Shown here one piece after another: positions 9,478 to 17,905 of a stretch of DNA of 64,000 nt. Origin of the DNA: an uncultured Planctomycetia bacterium. GTDB taxonomy: Bacteria; Omnitrophota; Gorgyraeia; Duberdicusellales; 4484-171. Position numbers and translations under genes: made by a program. The notes beneath the pieces are model-generated. The model was not told the DNA's origin and ran no database searches. It saw only the letters and a list, made by a program, of their open reading frames with translations. The stretch is from positions 4,799 to 68,798 of the forward strand of contig CAZAYU010000005.1 in the NCBI GenBank assembly GCA_964489445.1, read 5' to 3'. Numbering within the stretch: position 1 is the stretch's first letter; the number at the start of each line of letters is the position of its first letter.

Positions 9478-11007
9478 TTAAGGGCTATTTCTCCTATTAC
9501 GTCTTATGCGCTGCTCTACTTTCCAGATAACAAAAAGGAAGAAGAAGAACAAAAATAAATATTTAGTGTATGAAAATTTAAATTTAGAATTAACCGGGTT
9601 AGCTGTCGACAAACAAGTAGAATTTAAAAAAATATGGGCAAAGTCATTATGGTAAAGTAGCTTCCAGCCCTTTTCCTTCCACATTATATTTTTCTTGTGA
9701 AAATAGTCATTTAGTAAGATTACAACCTTTGATTTTGCATACCTTGATACACAATCTTCTGTGGCTACCTCCCGAAATACAGAGCTAGAAGAAGGCCTTC
9801 CGGTTACCGCTGAAAAAATCTGGGCAATAAAGTTAGAGTTTGAAGAGATAATATCCATTTGTTGAGTATTCTTTCCGATAACATCTATTATCGGAGAATA
9901 ATACTCTGGGAAAAAAAGGGAATTATAACTAATAGTATCTGCACTTGCTCCTGTTAGAAAATTATAGTATGTCGAATCATCTACACAAAGCTCTCTCTGA
10001 TTTTCCTTAAAGCTGAGAGTCGAATTAAAGATAGATAGGTATCCTATAAAAAATACACATAGATAAAATGAATACTTTATGTTTTTTTTAATTAAAGCAT
10101 CACTTATTTTTAAGAAAAGCAACACCGCAATAAGTGCCAGACCAATAACTCCTTGTCCTGAAAATAAACGGTAAGGATATTTAAAAAAAATAAACACGCT
10201 ACCTGCCGTATACCCCACGCAAAGAGCATATAAAAAATTATTTTTAGTACATAGACAAAATAAGCCCACTATCCCAAATACAATAATAAAAATATTCACT
10301 ACAATAAATTTTGCTCCAATTACTTGGCTGGTATTTACCCAATCTAAATATTTAAAGCAGTGCCAAAAAAAAGGTAATGCTAAACATATCCCCAAAAAGA
10401 TAACTTTTAATGCTGAGCTTCTATACTCCTTATTCACCATGCTCAATGTTAAAAACGAACATAAAAATATCCACGGCATGCCTGCATGAGTATAAAAGGA
10501 AAGCGCCAGCAACAGCCCGGAAATAAAAATATTATTTTTTTTAATTAACATCCAGGAAAACAATCCAAAAATTATTGCTAAGCTAGCCGGAATATTTGCC
10601 GACACCGAAACATAAAAGGAAAAAAAACCGCTTAAAGCAAGAAGCGCAAAAAAAGCAAACTTAGAATTAATTATTCTTCTGGAAACATACCATAACGAGA
10701 AAAAAAATAATGGAATAATTGAAACTTCAGTAATCCTTAATGAATTAATTCCGCTAAGCCCGATTTTTTGCAAACACACTAAAATAAAATGATAAACAGG
10801 TGGATACATGTGCGGTCTACCCGCCGGAGCAAATGACCACCAATCCCATCCTACCCAACCACCAGATTCGATGAATGCATTAGCAACAGATAAATGGTAG
10901 TAAGCATCAATAAACTGAGGAAGGTAACTAAAACGCATTATCGAAAACAGGGAGAATAAAAGCATCAGCCATAGGCTAGATAGATCGAAATATCGGTCTT
11001 TATTCAT
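9478..11007 (-). CDS. Polytopic membrane protein with 11 or more TM helices; possibly a GT-C-fold glycosyltransferase-like protein.
   Basis: The first extracytoplasmic loop reads DAYYHL...GGWVGWDWW, reminiscent of GT-C (STT3/PMT/ArnT-type) loop motifs. It is otherwise unassigned. Confidence 0.35.
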   Translation of the reverse strand: MNKDRYFDLSSLWLMLLFSLFSIMRFSYLPQFIDAYYHLSVANAFIESGGWVGWDWWSFAPAGRPHMYPPVYHFILVCLQKIGLSGINSLRITEVSIIPLFFFSLWYVSRRIINSKFAFFALLALSGFFSFYVSVSANIPASLAIIFGLFSWMLIKKNNIFISGLLLALSFYTHAGMPWIFLCSFLTLSMVNKEYRSSALKVIFLGICLALPFFWHCFKYLDWVNTSQVIGAKFIVVNIFIIVFGIVGLFCLCTKNNFLYALCVGYTAGSVFIFFKYPYRLFSGQGVIGLALIAVLLFLKISDALIKKNIKYSFYLCVFFIGYLSIFNSTLSFKENQRELCVDDSTYYNFLTGASADTISYNSLFFPEYYSPIIDVIGKNTQQMDIISSNSNFIAQIFSAVTGRPSSSSVFREVATEDCVSRYAKSKVVILLNDYFHKKNIMWKEKGWKLLYHNDFAHIFLNSTCLSTANPVNSKFKFSYTKYLFLFFFFLFVIWKVEQRIRRNRRNSP

Positions 11008-11184
11008 TAATGCACTGGGTTTTAAATTGTTTGTTGTAATCTATACTATTTATCATTATACCTTATTGCAAACAACAATGGAACACTGCCTAGGAATAGA
11101 TAGAAGCCACGAAATAATGAAAATTAGAATGGATATCTAAAAAAGATAATTGACAGCAGCTTTAACAAGCTTAAAATATAACCA

Positions 11185-12294
11185 ATGGATAAAAAAATAA
11201 CCACACGCATTGTTTTGTTACTCATCATTAATATTTTTGCCGCAAACTACCTTTACTCATTTGGTCAGCAGAAAAATCAATCTACATCGCAAAAAGCCCT
11301 ACATTGGGAAATATTGGATGATTCGTCTATCCAGTGCACCCTCTGCCCCAGACGTTGTATCATGAACAAGGGGCAAAAAGGATTTTGCCGAGCCAGAAAA
11401 AACGCTGACGGAACGCTTGTGCTGCTAACTTACGCTAAGCCAGTAGCCACACATATTGACCCAATTGAAAAAAAACCGTTATTCCATGTTTTACCAGGAA
11501 CTAAATCCTTTTCAATAGCCACGGCTGGTTGCAATTTAAGATGTAAATTCTGCCAAAATTGGGAGATTTCACAGCTTGATCCAGAAAAAGTAAATATAGC
11601 TTCAGTTTCCCCGCAGGAAATTGTAGATCGCGCGAAAAAAAGTAACACTAAAACAATTGCGTTTACCTATACCGAGCCAACAATATTCTATGAATATATG
11701 TTGGACATCGCAAAGTTAGCAACCACGCAAAAAATTAAGTGTGTAATGCACTCTGCTGGATACATTAACCCTGAGCCATTACGTCAAATCGCTAAGTATT
11801 TGACCGCCTGTAATATTGACCTTAAAGGGTTTAGCGAAGAATATTACGCTCGTTATTGCCAAGGTAGTTTAGCACCTGTATTAAACACCCTGAAGATACT
11901 TAAGGAAGAAAATGTTTGGATAGAAATAACTAACTTAATCGTTCCAGGAGGAAATGATAGTGATAAAAATATAACAGAACTTTGTGAATGGATCAAACAG
12001 AACCTTGGAGTAGATACTCCAATTCACTTTTCGCGATTCTTTCCTATGTACAGGTTAACCAATCTCTCTCCTACCCCTTTAACCAGCCTAACTCGGGCGC
12101 GAGACATTGCCCAAAAAGTCGGATTAAATTTTGTCTATATCGGAAATACTCCAATGCATATCGGTGAAAACACAAGCTGCCCACAATGCAATAAATTGCT
12201 CATAAAACGATTAGGATACACTGTTTTAGAGAATAACATAAAAGAAGGCCGATGCCCATATTGTAATTATAAAATCGCCGGAATCTGGGAATAA
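11185..12294 (+). CDS. AmmeMemoRadiSam-system radical SAM enzyme (PFL-activase-like).
   Basis: N-terminal CTLCPRRC...GFC cysteine motif, then the radical SAM CNLRCKFCQNWEIS (CxxxCxxC) motif. The length and motif order match the AmmeMemoRadiSam rSAM family. An N-terminal hydrophobic anchor (ITTRIVLLLIINIFAANYLY) precedes them. Confidence 0.8.
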   Translation: MDKKITTRIVLLLIINIFAANYLYSFGQQKNQSTSQKALHWEILDDSSIQCTLCPRRCIMNKGQKGFCRARKNADGTLVLLTYAKPVATHIDPIEKKPLFHVLPGTKSFSIATAGCNLRCKFCQNWEISQLDPEKVNIASVSPQEIVDRAKKSNTKTIAFTYTEPTIFYEYMLDIAKLATTQKIKCVMHSAGYINPEPLRQIAKYLTACNIDLKGFSEEYYARYCQGSLAPVLNTLKILKEENVWIEITNLIVPGGNDSDKNITELCEWIKQNLGVDTPIHFSRFFPMYRLTNLSPTPLTSLTRARDIAQKVGLNFVYIGNTPMHIGENTSCPQCNKLLIKRLGYTVLENNIKEGRCPYCNYKIAGIWE

Positions 12295-12343
12295 ATCTAC
12301 CTGTTATCGAGCTGCTTGAGGAATCATAATCTTGCACCACAGA

Positions 12344-14476
12344 CTACTTATCCGTCAATACCACTGCTGTGAATAACAAAATTAAAATCAAAAGCATAAT
12401 TAAACTATTGCAGAGACCAAAAAACGGAATAAGCAGGGCAGAGAAAAAAATTGTTCCCAAGAAAGCTCCTCCGGCATCAGCTGCATATAAAGATGCTGCT
12501 ACAGTTTCTGTTTTGAAATTTCTTCTTATGGCTAATTGTATAAATAGCGGATAGGACGCTCCGGTAAGCGCTCCAGACAGAAACGAATAAGTATAAAAAA
12601 TAAAGTCATAATGAAAGAACTCCTGGAAAAACTTTACGAAAAAAAATAAGCTAGCAGCTAACGCCACCCAGGCCAAATAAAAATATACCTGGTTTTTACT
12701 CTTTACCCAAAACTTATTAGCCGGCAAATTAAACCCCCAGGAACCAGAACCCAGACCCAACATGAATAATCCAATTAACACACCCGCCTTCTGAAAAAGA
12801 GCTCCGGAGTAAAGTTGAAAAAGAATAAAAATAATCGAGCTTAAACCGATAGACATAAACCCCACGAAACTCATTCTACAGATAATTTCTCGTTTTTTTC
12901 CCGAAAAGTTTAAAAGAAAAGCGAAAGATCCCCCTATTACGAAAATCACAATTATTATTGTTTTTATCTGTCGAATATTAATTCTTAAATCCGGATAAAA
13001 TTTTGCTTGCTCTAACAACGAATAATATAAAAACCCCCGGAAATAAAAATCACGATTTATAGCAATTTCTTTATTAATCATTCCCTCAAAATAAACACGT
13101 CGAGAAGGATCAAGAAGATCTTTCAGATGATAGACAGTAAAATAATCAGTAGTAGTGCCAGAACGAATAAAATTTTCCACTAGATAATCTCTTGATAAAG
13201 CTTTTACGTTGTTAGCAATAACTATCATGGAATCTAGGGGCACCAAAAGCCTATATTTAAAAACTTCATCCAGAGTATTTACTATGCAAGAATCAAATTT
13301 CAAAATTCGCGGACCCAAGATATCTCTCTTTGCCGGAATATGAAAGCTAAAAAAGCCTTCAGCTGTTAGAATTTTTTTAACGAGTTCAAAAAATTCTAAG
13401 GAGAAATAACGGTTAAAGGCAAGACTAGAGGGAGGTGGCATATTCATAACTATAAAGTCGTATTTTTTATTTACATTCTTTATGTATTGCCGAGGATCAT
13501 CAACAAGAAATGTAACTCTTGAGTCATCATTCTTGTAGAGCTTTCCTTTGCCTATGGATAAAAACGCTGGATTTATATCTAGACAATCAAGGGTAGATAT
13601 TTTATACTTTAGGATTTCTTCAATCTGTCCACCATAGTAAGGACCGATGAACAAAACATTCTTTATTACAGCAGAAGCTGCAAAAGATGTGTGGATGAAC
13701 TCTTCATTCCAGACATTGTCTTCACTGGAAGATACTAACGAGCCATTAACATATAAGGATTCAGTACCATATTTTTTGGCTAAAATAACCGGCCCGTATT
13801 CTGAGCCAATATTTTTAAGAATATCTGCACTCTGAAATTCTATCTTCGATACAATACGAAAGCTTAGAACAGAAACAATACCGAGTGCAATTAGCACAAA
13901 AACCGGCAATATTTTCTTTGTTTTCCTTAAATCCGAGGTTAAAAAAAGCAAGAGAGGCAAAAAAGTAAAAATAAATGGATTACAGTATCGGGAAAGAAAA
14001 AAAGTAAAAATAACTCCTCCGATAAAAAACCCAGTTGCCTCATAAATAAAAAAATTGGTAAAAATCTTAGGCGTATCAGTAATCTTATTTGAATAACTAC
14101 GACTAATTATACAAAACAAGAAACCAGATAAAAACCCTAGGCCTCCAATAAGTAGTAACGCACTAAAAAGAACAAAGGCCAAACTAGATGCTTCGTAATA
14201 ACTTAGTCCTACTAATGTTTTCCCTAAATGAATCCCAACAACAGAAAAACAAAAAACACCCGCCCAAGCAATCGGCAAAAAACCAGATAATAAAACAGAC
14301 TTTTTCCTGGCAAAGATGCTCCCGAGAAAGCAGAAAGCAAGCCAAATTCCCGCTCCAGCAATGAACGAAAACTCATTTTTGGCGATAGAAAAAGTAAATT
14401 CTCGTAATACTACTAACTGAAATATTGAGCTTACCAGCCCTATAATAAAAAAGATAGACATAGACTTTTTTTGCAC
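12344..14476 (-). CDS. Membrane-embedded spermidine-synthase-like (PABS / SAM-dependent aminopropyl- or methyltransferase fold) fusion protein, 710 aa.
   Basis: About seven N-terminal TM helices. The central PABS-like domain reads GPYYGGQIEEIL...LDCLDINPAF...DFIVMNMPPP. More TM helices follow at the C-terminus. Confidence 0.6.
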   Translation of the reverse strand: MQKKSMSIFFIIGLVSSIFQLVVLREFTFSIAKNEFSFIAGAGIWLAFCFLGSIFARKKSVLLSGFLPIAWAGVFCFSVVGIHLGKTLVGLSYYEASSLAFVLFSALLLIGGLGFLSGFLFCIISRSYSNKITDTPKIFTNFFIYEATGFFIGGVIFTFFLSRYCNPFIFTFLPLLLFLTSDLRKTKKILPVFVLIALGIVSVLSFRIVSKIEFQSADILKNIGSEYGPVILAKKYGTESLYVNGSLVSSSEDNVWNEEFIHTSFAASAVIKNVLFIGPYYGGQIEEILKYKISTLDCLDINPAFLSIGKGKLYKNDDSRVTFLVDDPRQYIKNVNKKYDFIVMNMPPPSSLAFNRYFSLEFFELVKKILTAEGFFSFHIPAKRDILGPRILKFDSCIVNTLDEVFKYRLLVPLDSMIVIANNVKALSRDYLVENFIRSGTTTDYFTVYHLKDLLDPSRRVYFEGMINKEIAINRDFYFRGFLYYSLLEQAKFYPDLRINIRQIKTIIIVIFVIGGSFAFLLNFSGKKREIICRMSFVGFMSIGLSSIIFILFQLYSGALFQKAGVLIGLFMLGLGSGSWGFNLPANKFWVKSKNQVYFYLAWVALAASLFFFVKFFQEFFHYDFIFYTYSFLSGALTGASYPLFIQLAIRRNFKTETVAASLYAADAGGAFLGTIFFSALLIPFFGLCNSLIMLLILILLFTAVVLTDK

Positions 14477-14502
14477 TTGTTTTATACTATTTTATAGTAA
14501 AA

Positions 14503-15150
14503 ATGAAAGAAAATCTATATTATTTATTTGTAAGTGGACTAGTAATGGGAGCAGGGCCCTGTCTTTGCTTATGCGGTCCGTTATTGATAAGCCAAGCGAT
14601 TATCCACGAATCATCCTTACGAAAATCAGTTTTTTCTTATCTTGTTTTTTCCGGATGTAAAATACTTGGCTATTTAATACTATCAATAATCTGCTTCGCC
14701 GGATTCACCACTCTAAATAATATTTTCACCGAAAAGTATTCTCGATTAGTCTACTTAATTATGGGAATCTTTATCTTTCTTACTGGCACAACAGCTTTTA
14801 TCTATTCAAAAAATAAAATTGGAAAATCTTGCCAATGGTTTAGTAAAGGAAGCATCCGAAATCTTGGCATTTTAGGCATACTAGTCGGAATCGCCCCTTG
14901 TTTACCGCTTTTGGGTATTTTAAATTACATACTGCTTGTGTCAGAAACGCTCAGCAGAATGCTCGTATTATCATTTATTTTTGGTTTAGGAACAGTTATC
15001 TCCCCTTTATTTATCATTATTATTGTTGCCGGAAAATTATCTGAGAAAATGACAAAAAATAAAAAAATTCAAACAATAATTAATGTACTTTCTGGAATAA
15101 TTTTACTTATTTTGGGAGGGAAAATTATTCTCCAAACACTAAAGCCGTGA
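14503..15150 (+). CDS. DsbD/CcdA-family transmembrane thiol-disulfide electron-transfer protein (DsbD_2-like).
   Basis: Six-TM protein with two membrane-embedded Pro-Cys motifs, GAGPCLCLCGP and IAPCLPLL. Its 3' end overlaps the convergent Memo-AMMECR1 gene by 26 bp. Confidence 0.45.
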   Translation: MKENLYYLFVSGLVMGAGPCLCLCGPLLISQAIIHESSLRKSVFSYLVFSGCKILGYLILSIICFAGFTTLNNIFTEKYSRLVYLIMGIFIFLTGTTAFIYSKNKIGKSCQWFSKGSIRNLGILGILVGIAPCLPLLGILNYILLVSETLSRMLVLSFIFGLGTVISPLFIIIIVAGKLSEKMTKNKKIQTIINVLSGIILLILGGKIILQTLKP

Positions 15151-16579
15151 ATGTATATGCTTGACAGCTACCATCTTTCCATGAGTCTTCAGAAATTCCT
15201 GCCTTATGTGCGCAGAGGCTATTCAAGAACTCTTCTTTGCTCCAGCCAGTTTCATCGGCCACCTGCGGTAAATACACTCCGCTATGATAACCTTTTTTAA
15301 CTAAAACTCCGTGTTTGCCTAAAATTATCTCTGAGAAATCGTTAACTTTTTGCAACTGAGAAAGAACAGAAATCTCTATATGGATTTTATCCAATTCGTC
15401 TTTCTCTAACGGTAAAAAGCGCGTATCCGCAGTTGCTGCAGCAATTGCCATTTCCTGCACTCCTTCATAAAGCGGTAGCTGACCAACAATATTACCGATA
15501 CACCCTCTAAGACGTCCATTATTACGCAGAGTTACAAAAACACCCAGCACTTCGCTTAATTTTAAATCGTCCGGTTTTCGAGTTAAAGTTTCTCCTTTCT
15601 TTAAATAAAGTGTAATAGTGTCCCGGACTAATTTTAATAGCTGCTGCTTTTGGTTCGCAGATAGCAATTCATCACTTGTTGCTTCTTTAGCCGTCACTCT
15701 TTCTTTCACAAACACAGCGCTTAGGTAACCAACCACTTTCTCATTAATAATTCCTGTTCTTGCTGATGTAGACATTTTCAAGATATCTATCTTGTTAGCA
15801 CCTAGTTTTTTCGACAACATCATTACCGAGGCAACCGCCCCAGGTCCACACATCAAATTTCTATCCATGCAACTATCTAAAAGCAGTTGATAATCCATAG
15901 CCTTCATCATTTGTGCAGTTTGACGGTCAACATCTATTGCCTCGAACAAAGGAAGGTAGTGACTCAAATCAGTGCTGGCAACAATTAGCACGTTCTCTTT
16001 TTTATCTAAAACTGAATAAAGCCCTTCAGAAACAATCTGACAATTGTTTGCACTTTGTTTTCCAATTGCCAACAACAAAACCTTAGGATTACCAAGGGCA
16101 ACCTGGATAAACGGTAAAATCAATTCAACAGAATTTTCTTGATTAAACGCCTCAGGATGGATAATAAACTTTTTGTTTTTGGCAACTAGTTTCTTCACTA
16201 AGAGCTCATCAGAGTAAAGAGCCCCTAATGGTGTTTCAAAACCTTTTCTGGCAAAAACAGCTATCCCATCATAATCTAAACGATGGCTAAAACCCACCAC
16301 AACCACAGTATCTATTTTTTTTCCTTTAAGTGCCTTAAACGCGTAAGCAGCCGTATCTCCAGATGCGCTAACACCGGCATGCGGACAAATCACTGAAACA
16401 ACATCATCCTGGATAGGCAAGACATCAGCGTTATCCAGATAATCATTTATCTGCTGTCTTAGCAATCTTGGATCGTCGGAATACCAACTCCCGCTTAAAT
16501 CAGACTTTTTCATTTCTTGCGTAAAGCCACTGTTTACCATTATTAACAATAAAAAGCATAAAAAAATAACACGGCACAT
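15125..16579 (-). CDS. Memo1-like / AMMECR1 fusion protein (AmmeMemo component of the AmmeMemoRadiSam system).
   Basis: The N-terminal half is Memo-like (SWYSDDP...VICPHAGVSASGDTAAYAFKAL...VVVGFSH). The C-terminal half is AMMECR1 (GVFVTLRNNGRLRGCIGN...ADTRF). The first 20 aa are hydrophobic, and the start may be the downstream MKKSD Met. Confidence 0.8.
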   Translation of the reverse strand: MCRVIFLCFLLLIMVNSGFTQEMKKSDLSGSWYSDDPRLLRQQINDYLDNADVLPIQDDVVSVICPHAGVSASGDTAAYAFKALKGKKIDTVVVVGFSHRLDYDGIAVFARKGFETPLGALYSDELLVKKLVAKNKKFIIHPEAFNQENSVELILPFIQVALGNPKVLLLAIGKQSANNCQIVSEGLYSVLDKKENVLIVASTDLSHYLPLFEAIDVDRQTAQMMKAMDYQLLLDSCMDRNLMCGPGAVASVMMLSKKLGANKIDILKMSTSARTGIINEKVVGYLSAVFVKERVTAKEATSDELLSANQKQQLLKLVRDTITLYLKKGETLTRKPDDLKLSEVLGVFVTLRNNGRLRGCIGNIVGQLPLYEGVQEMAIAAATADTRFLPLEKDELDKIHIEISVLSQLQKVNDFSEIILGKHGVLVKKGYHSGVYLPQVADETGWSKEEFLNSLCAHKAGISEDSWKDGSCQAYTFTALVFGE

Positions 16580-16586
16580 GAGCTTG

Positions 16587-16844
16587 CTAGCTAAAGAAGA
16601 TACTTTCCCCTCTTCTTATGTCATCCTTGGCCAAATATTTAACCGAAATATTTGCCTTATCTCCCTTTATCACCTTTTTTACTTTCACACCCTCTTTTTC
16701 AATTTTTACAACTGTAAAACGTTTACCTCTAGCAGTTACTCCGATTTCACCCTCCCTAACTTCTCCGGACTCAACATCACCAATTAATACAGACCCAGAT
16801 TCTCCCGCGATATAGATTTCCCTAATATTTACTTCAGCGCTCAT
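16587..16844 (-). CDS. Stand-alone EF-Tu domain-2-like beta-barrel small protein, 85 aa.
   Basis: VLIGDVESGEVREGEIGV...VVKIEKEGVKVKKVIKGDKANISVKYLAKDDIRRGESIF follows the GTP_EFTU_D2 consensus (G.V.sG.l..Gd.v...p...V.sIe....v..a.aGd.v...l.....i.rG..l). A strong SD (AAGGAGGGAA) sits 5 nt upstream. The stop is 7 bp before the Memo-AMMECR1 start. Confidence 0.5.
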   Translation of the reverse strand: MSAEVNIREIYIAGESGSVLIGDVESGEVREGEIGVTARGKRFTVVKIEKEGVKVKKVIKGDKANISVKYLAKDDIRRGESIFFS

Positions 16845-16894
16845 ATTCCCTCCTTTATACCTAAAGATTTAAATCCTTTTTGTTGCATGTTACA

Positions 16895-17905
16895 TTAACA
16901 GCGTCTAAGGCCTAGGTCTATTATCTTTTGTATTAATTTATCGTAAGGGATATCACCTTTTTCTGCCGCTTGCCCTACTTCATCATACTGGTCCAAGCAC
17001 GGATTAGCATTCGCCTCAATGATGTATATTTTCGCATTACTGCCAACTCGTATATCAAAACGAGCATAGCACTCCATATTTAAAGCTCGGTAAGCGCGCT
17101 TACAAACATCTTTAATCTGTTCTCCTAGACCATTAGGAAGACGTCCGGCATAAACATTTTTAATCCCCCACTTTTGTCGATAATCATAGTCCCATTTTGC
17201 TTTATACGTAACAATTCGTGGCTCATCTTCACAAAACTTACCAAACTTCATCTCCGTAAACGGTAAAACTTTAACTCGTTTGTTACCAATCACGCTCACG
17301 TAAAGTTCTCGGCCTTCAATATATTCTTCAACAATCGCGTCACTCTTCATACTTTCATGGATGAACTTGACTCTTTCAATGAGCGCATCTTGATTGTCAA
17401 TAATCGAAGCCTGTGATATCCCTCGGGAAGCTTCTTCTGATATGGGTTTAACAACCAAAGGAAGTCGCAATCGTTTAGGGAGCCAAATTTTTCGATTACG
17501 ACAAAAAGTATAAAATCGGGGAACTTTTATTCGATGAAAACTTAAAATTTTCTTAGTTAACGCCTTATCTCCGCAAATAAACAAACTCATTGACGAAGCT
17601 CCAGTGTATGGAATACCTAGCAATTCTAGAACGCCAGCAATATTTTTATCATAAAAAGTTTTCTGTTTGAAAACATCAGCAAGATTAAAAATAATATCCG
17701 GCTTACTCTCACGAACTTCTTCCAATAAAATACCAATATCATTAAATAGCCCCAGCAATCTTACTTCGTGGCCATTTTTCAGTAGCGCCTTATGCACATC
17801 AGACTCCGTACCCCAATTAAGATCGGTAAATTCTTCCTTGTAATTGTAACCACGCGGCTTTGGATAAGGAGAATCAAATAATAAGAGTACTTTTATCTTT
17901 TTCAT
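16895..17905 (-). CDS. ATP-grasp ligase of the D-alanine--D-alanine ligase-like family.
   Basis: N-terminal pre-ATP-grasp domain, central KPISEEASRGISQ, and C-terminal ARFDIRVGSNAKIYIIEANANPCL (the E-x-N metal-binding motif). Confidence 0.7.
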   Translation of the reverse strand: MKKIKVLLLFDSPYPKPRGYNYKEEFTDLNWGTESDVHKALLKNGHEVRLLGLFNDIGILLEEVRESKPDIIFNLADVFKQKTFYDKNIAGVLELLGIPYTGASSMSLFICGDKALTKKILSFHRIKVPRFYTFCRNRKIWLPKRLRLPLVVKPISEEASRGISQASIIDNQDALIERVKFIHESMKSDAIVEEYIEGRELYVSVIGNKRVKVLPFTEMKFGKFCEDEPRIVTYKAKWDYDYRQKWGIKNVYAGRLPNGLGEQIKDVCKRAYRALNMECYARFDIRVGSNAKIYIIEANANPCLDQYDEVGQAAEKGDIPYDKLIQKIIDLGLRRC

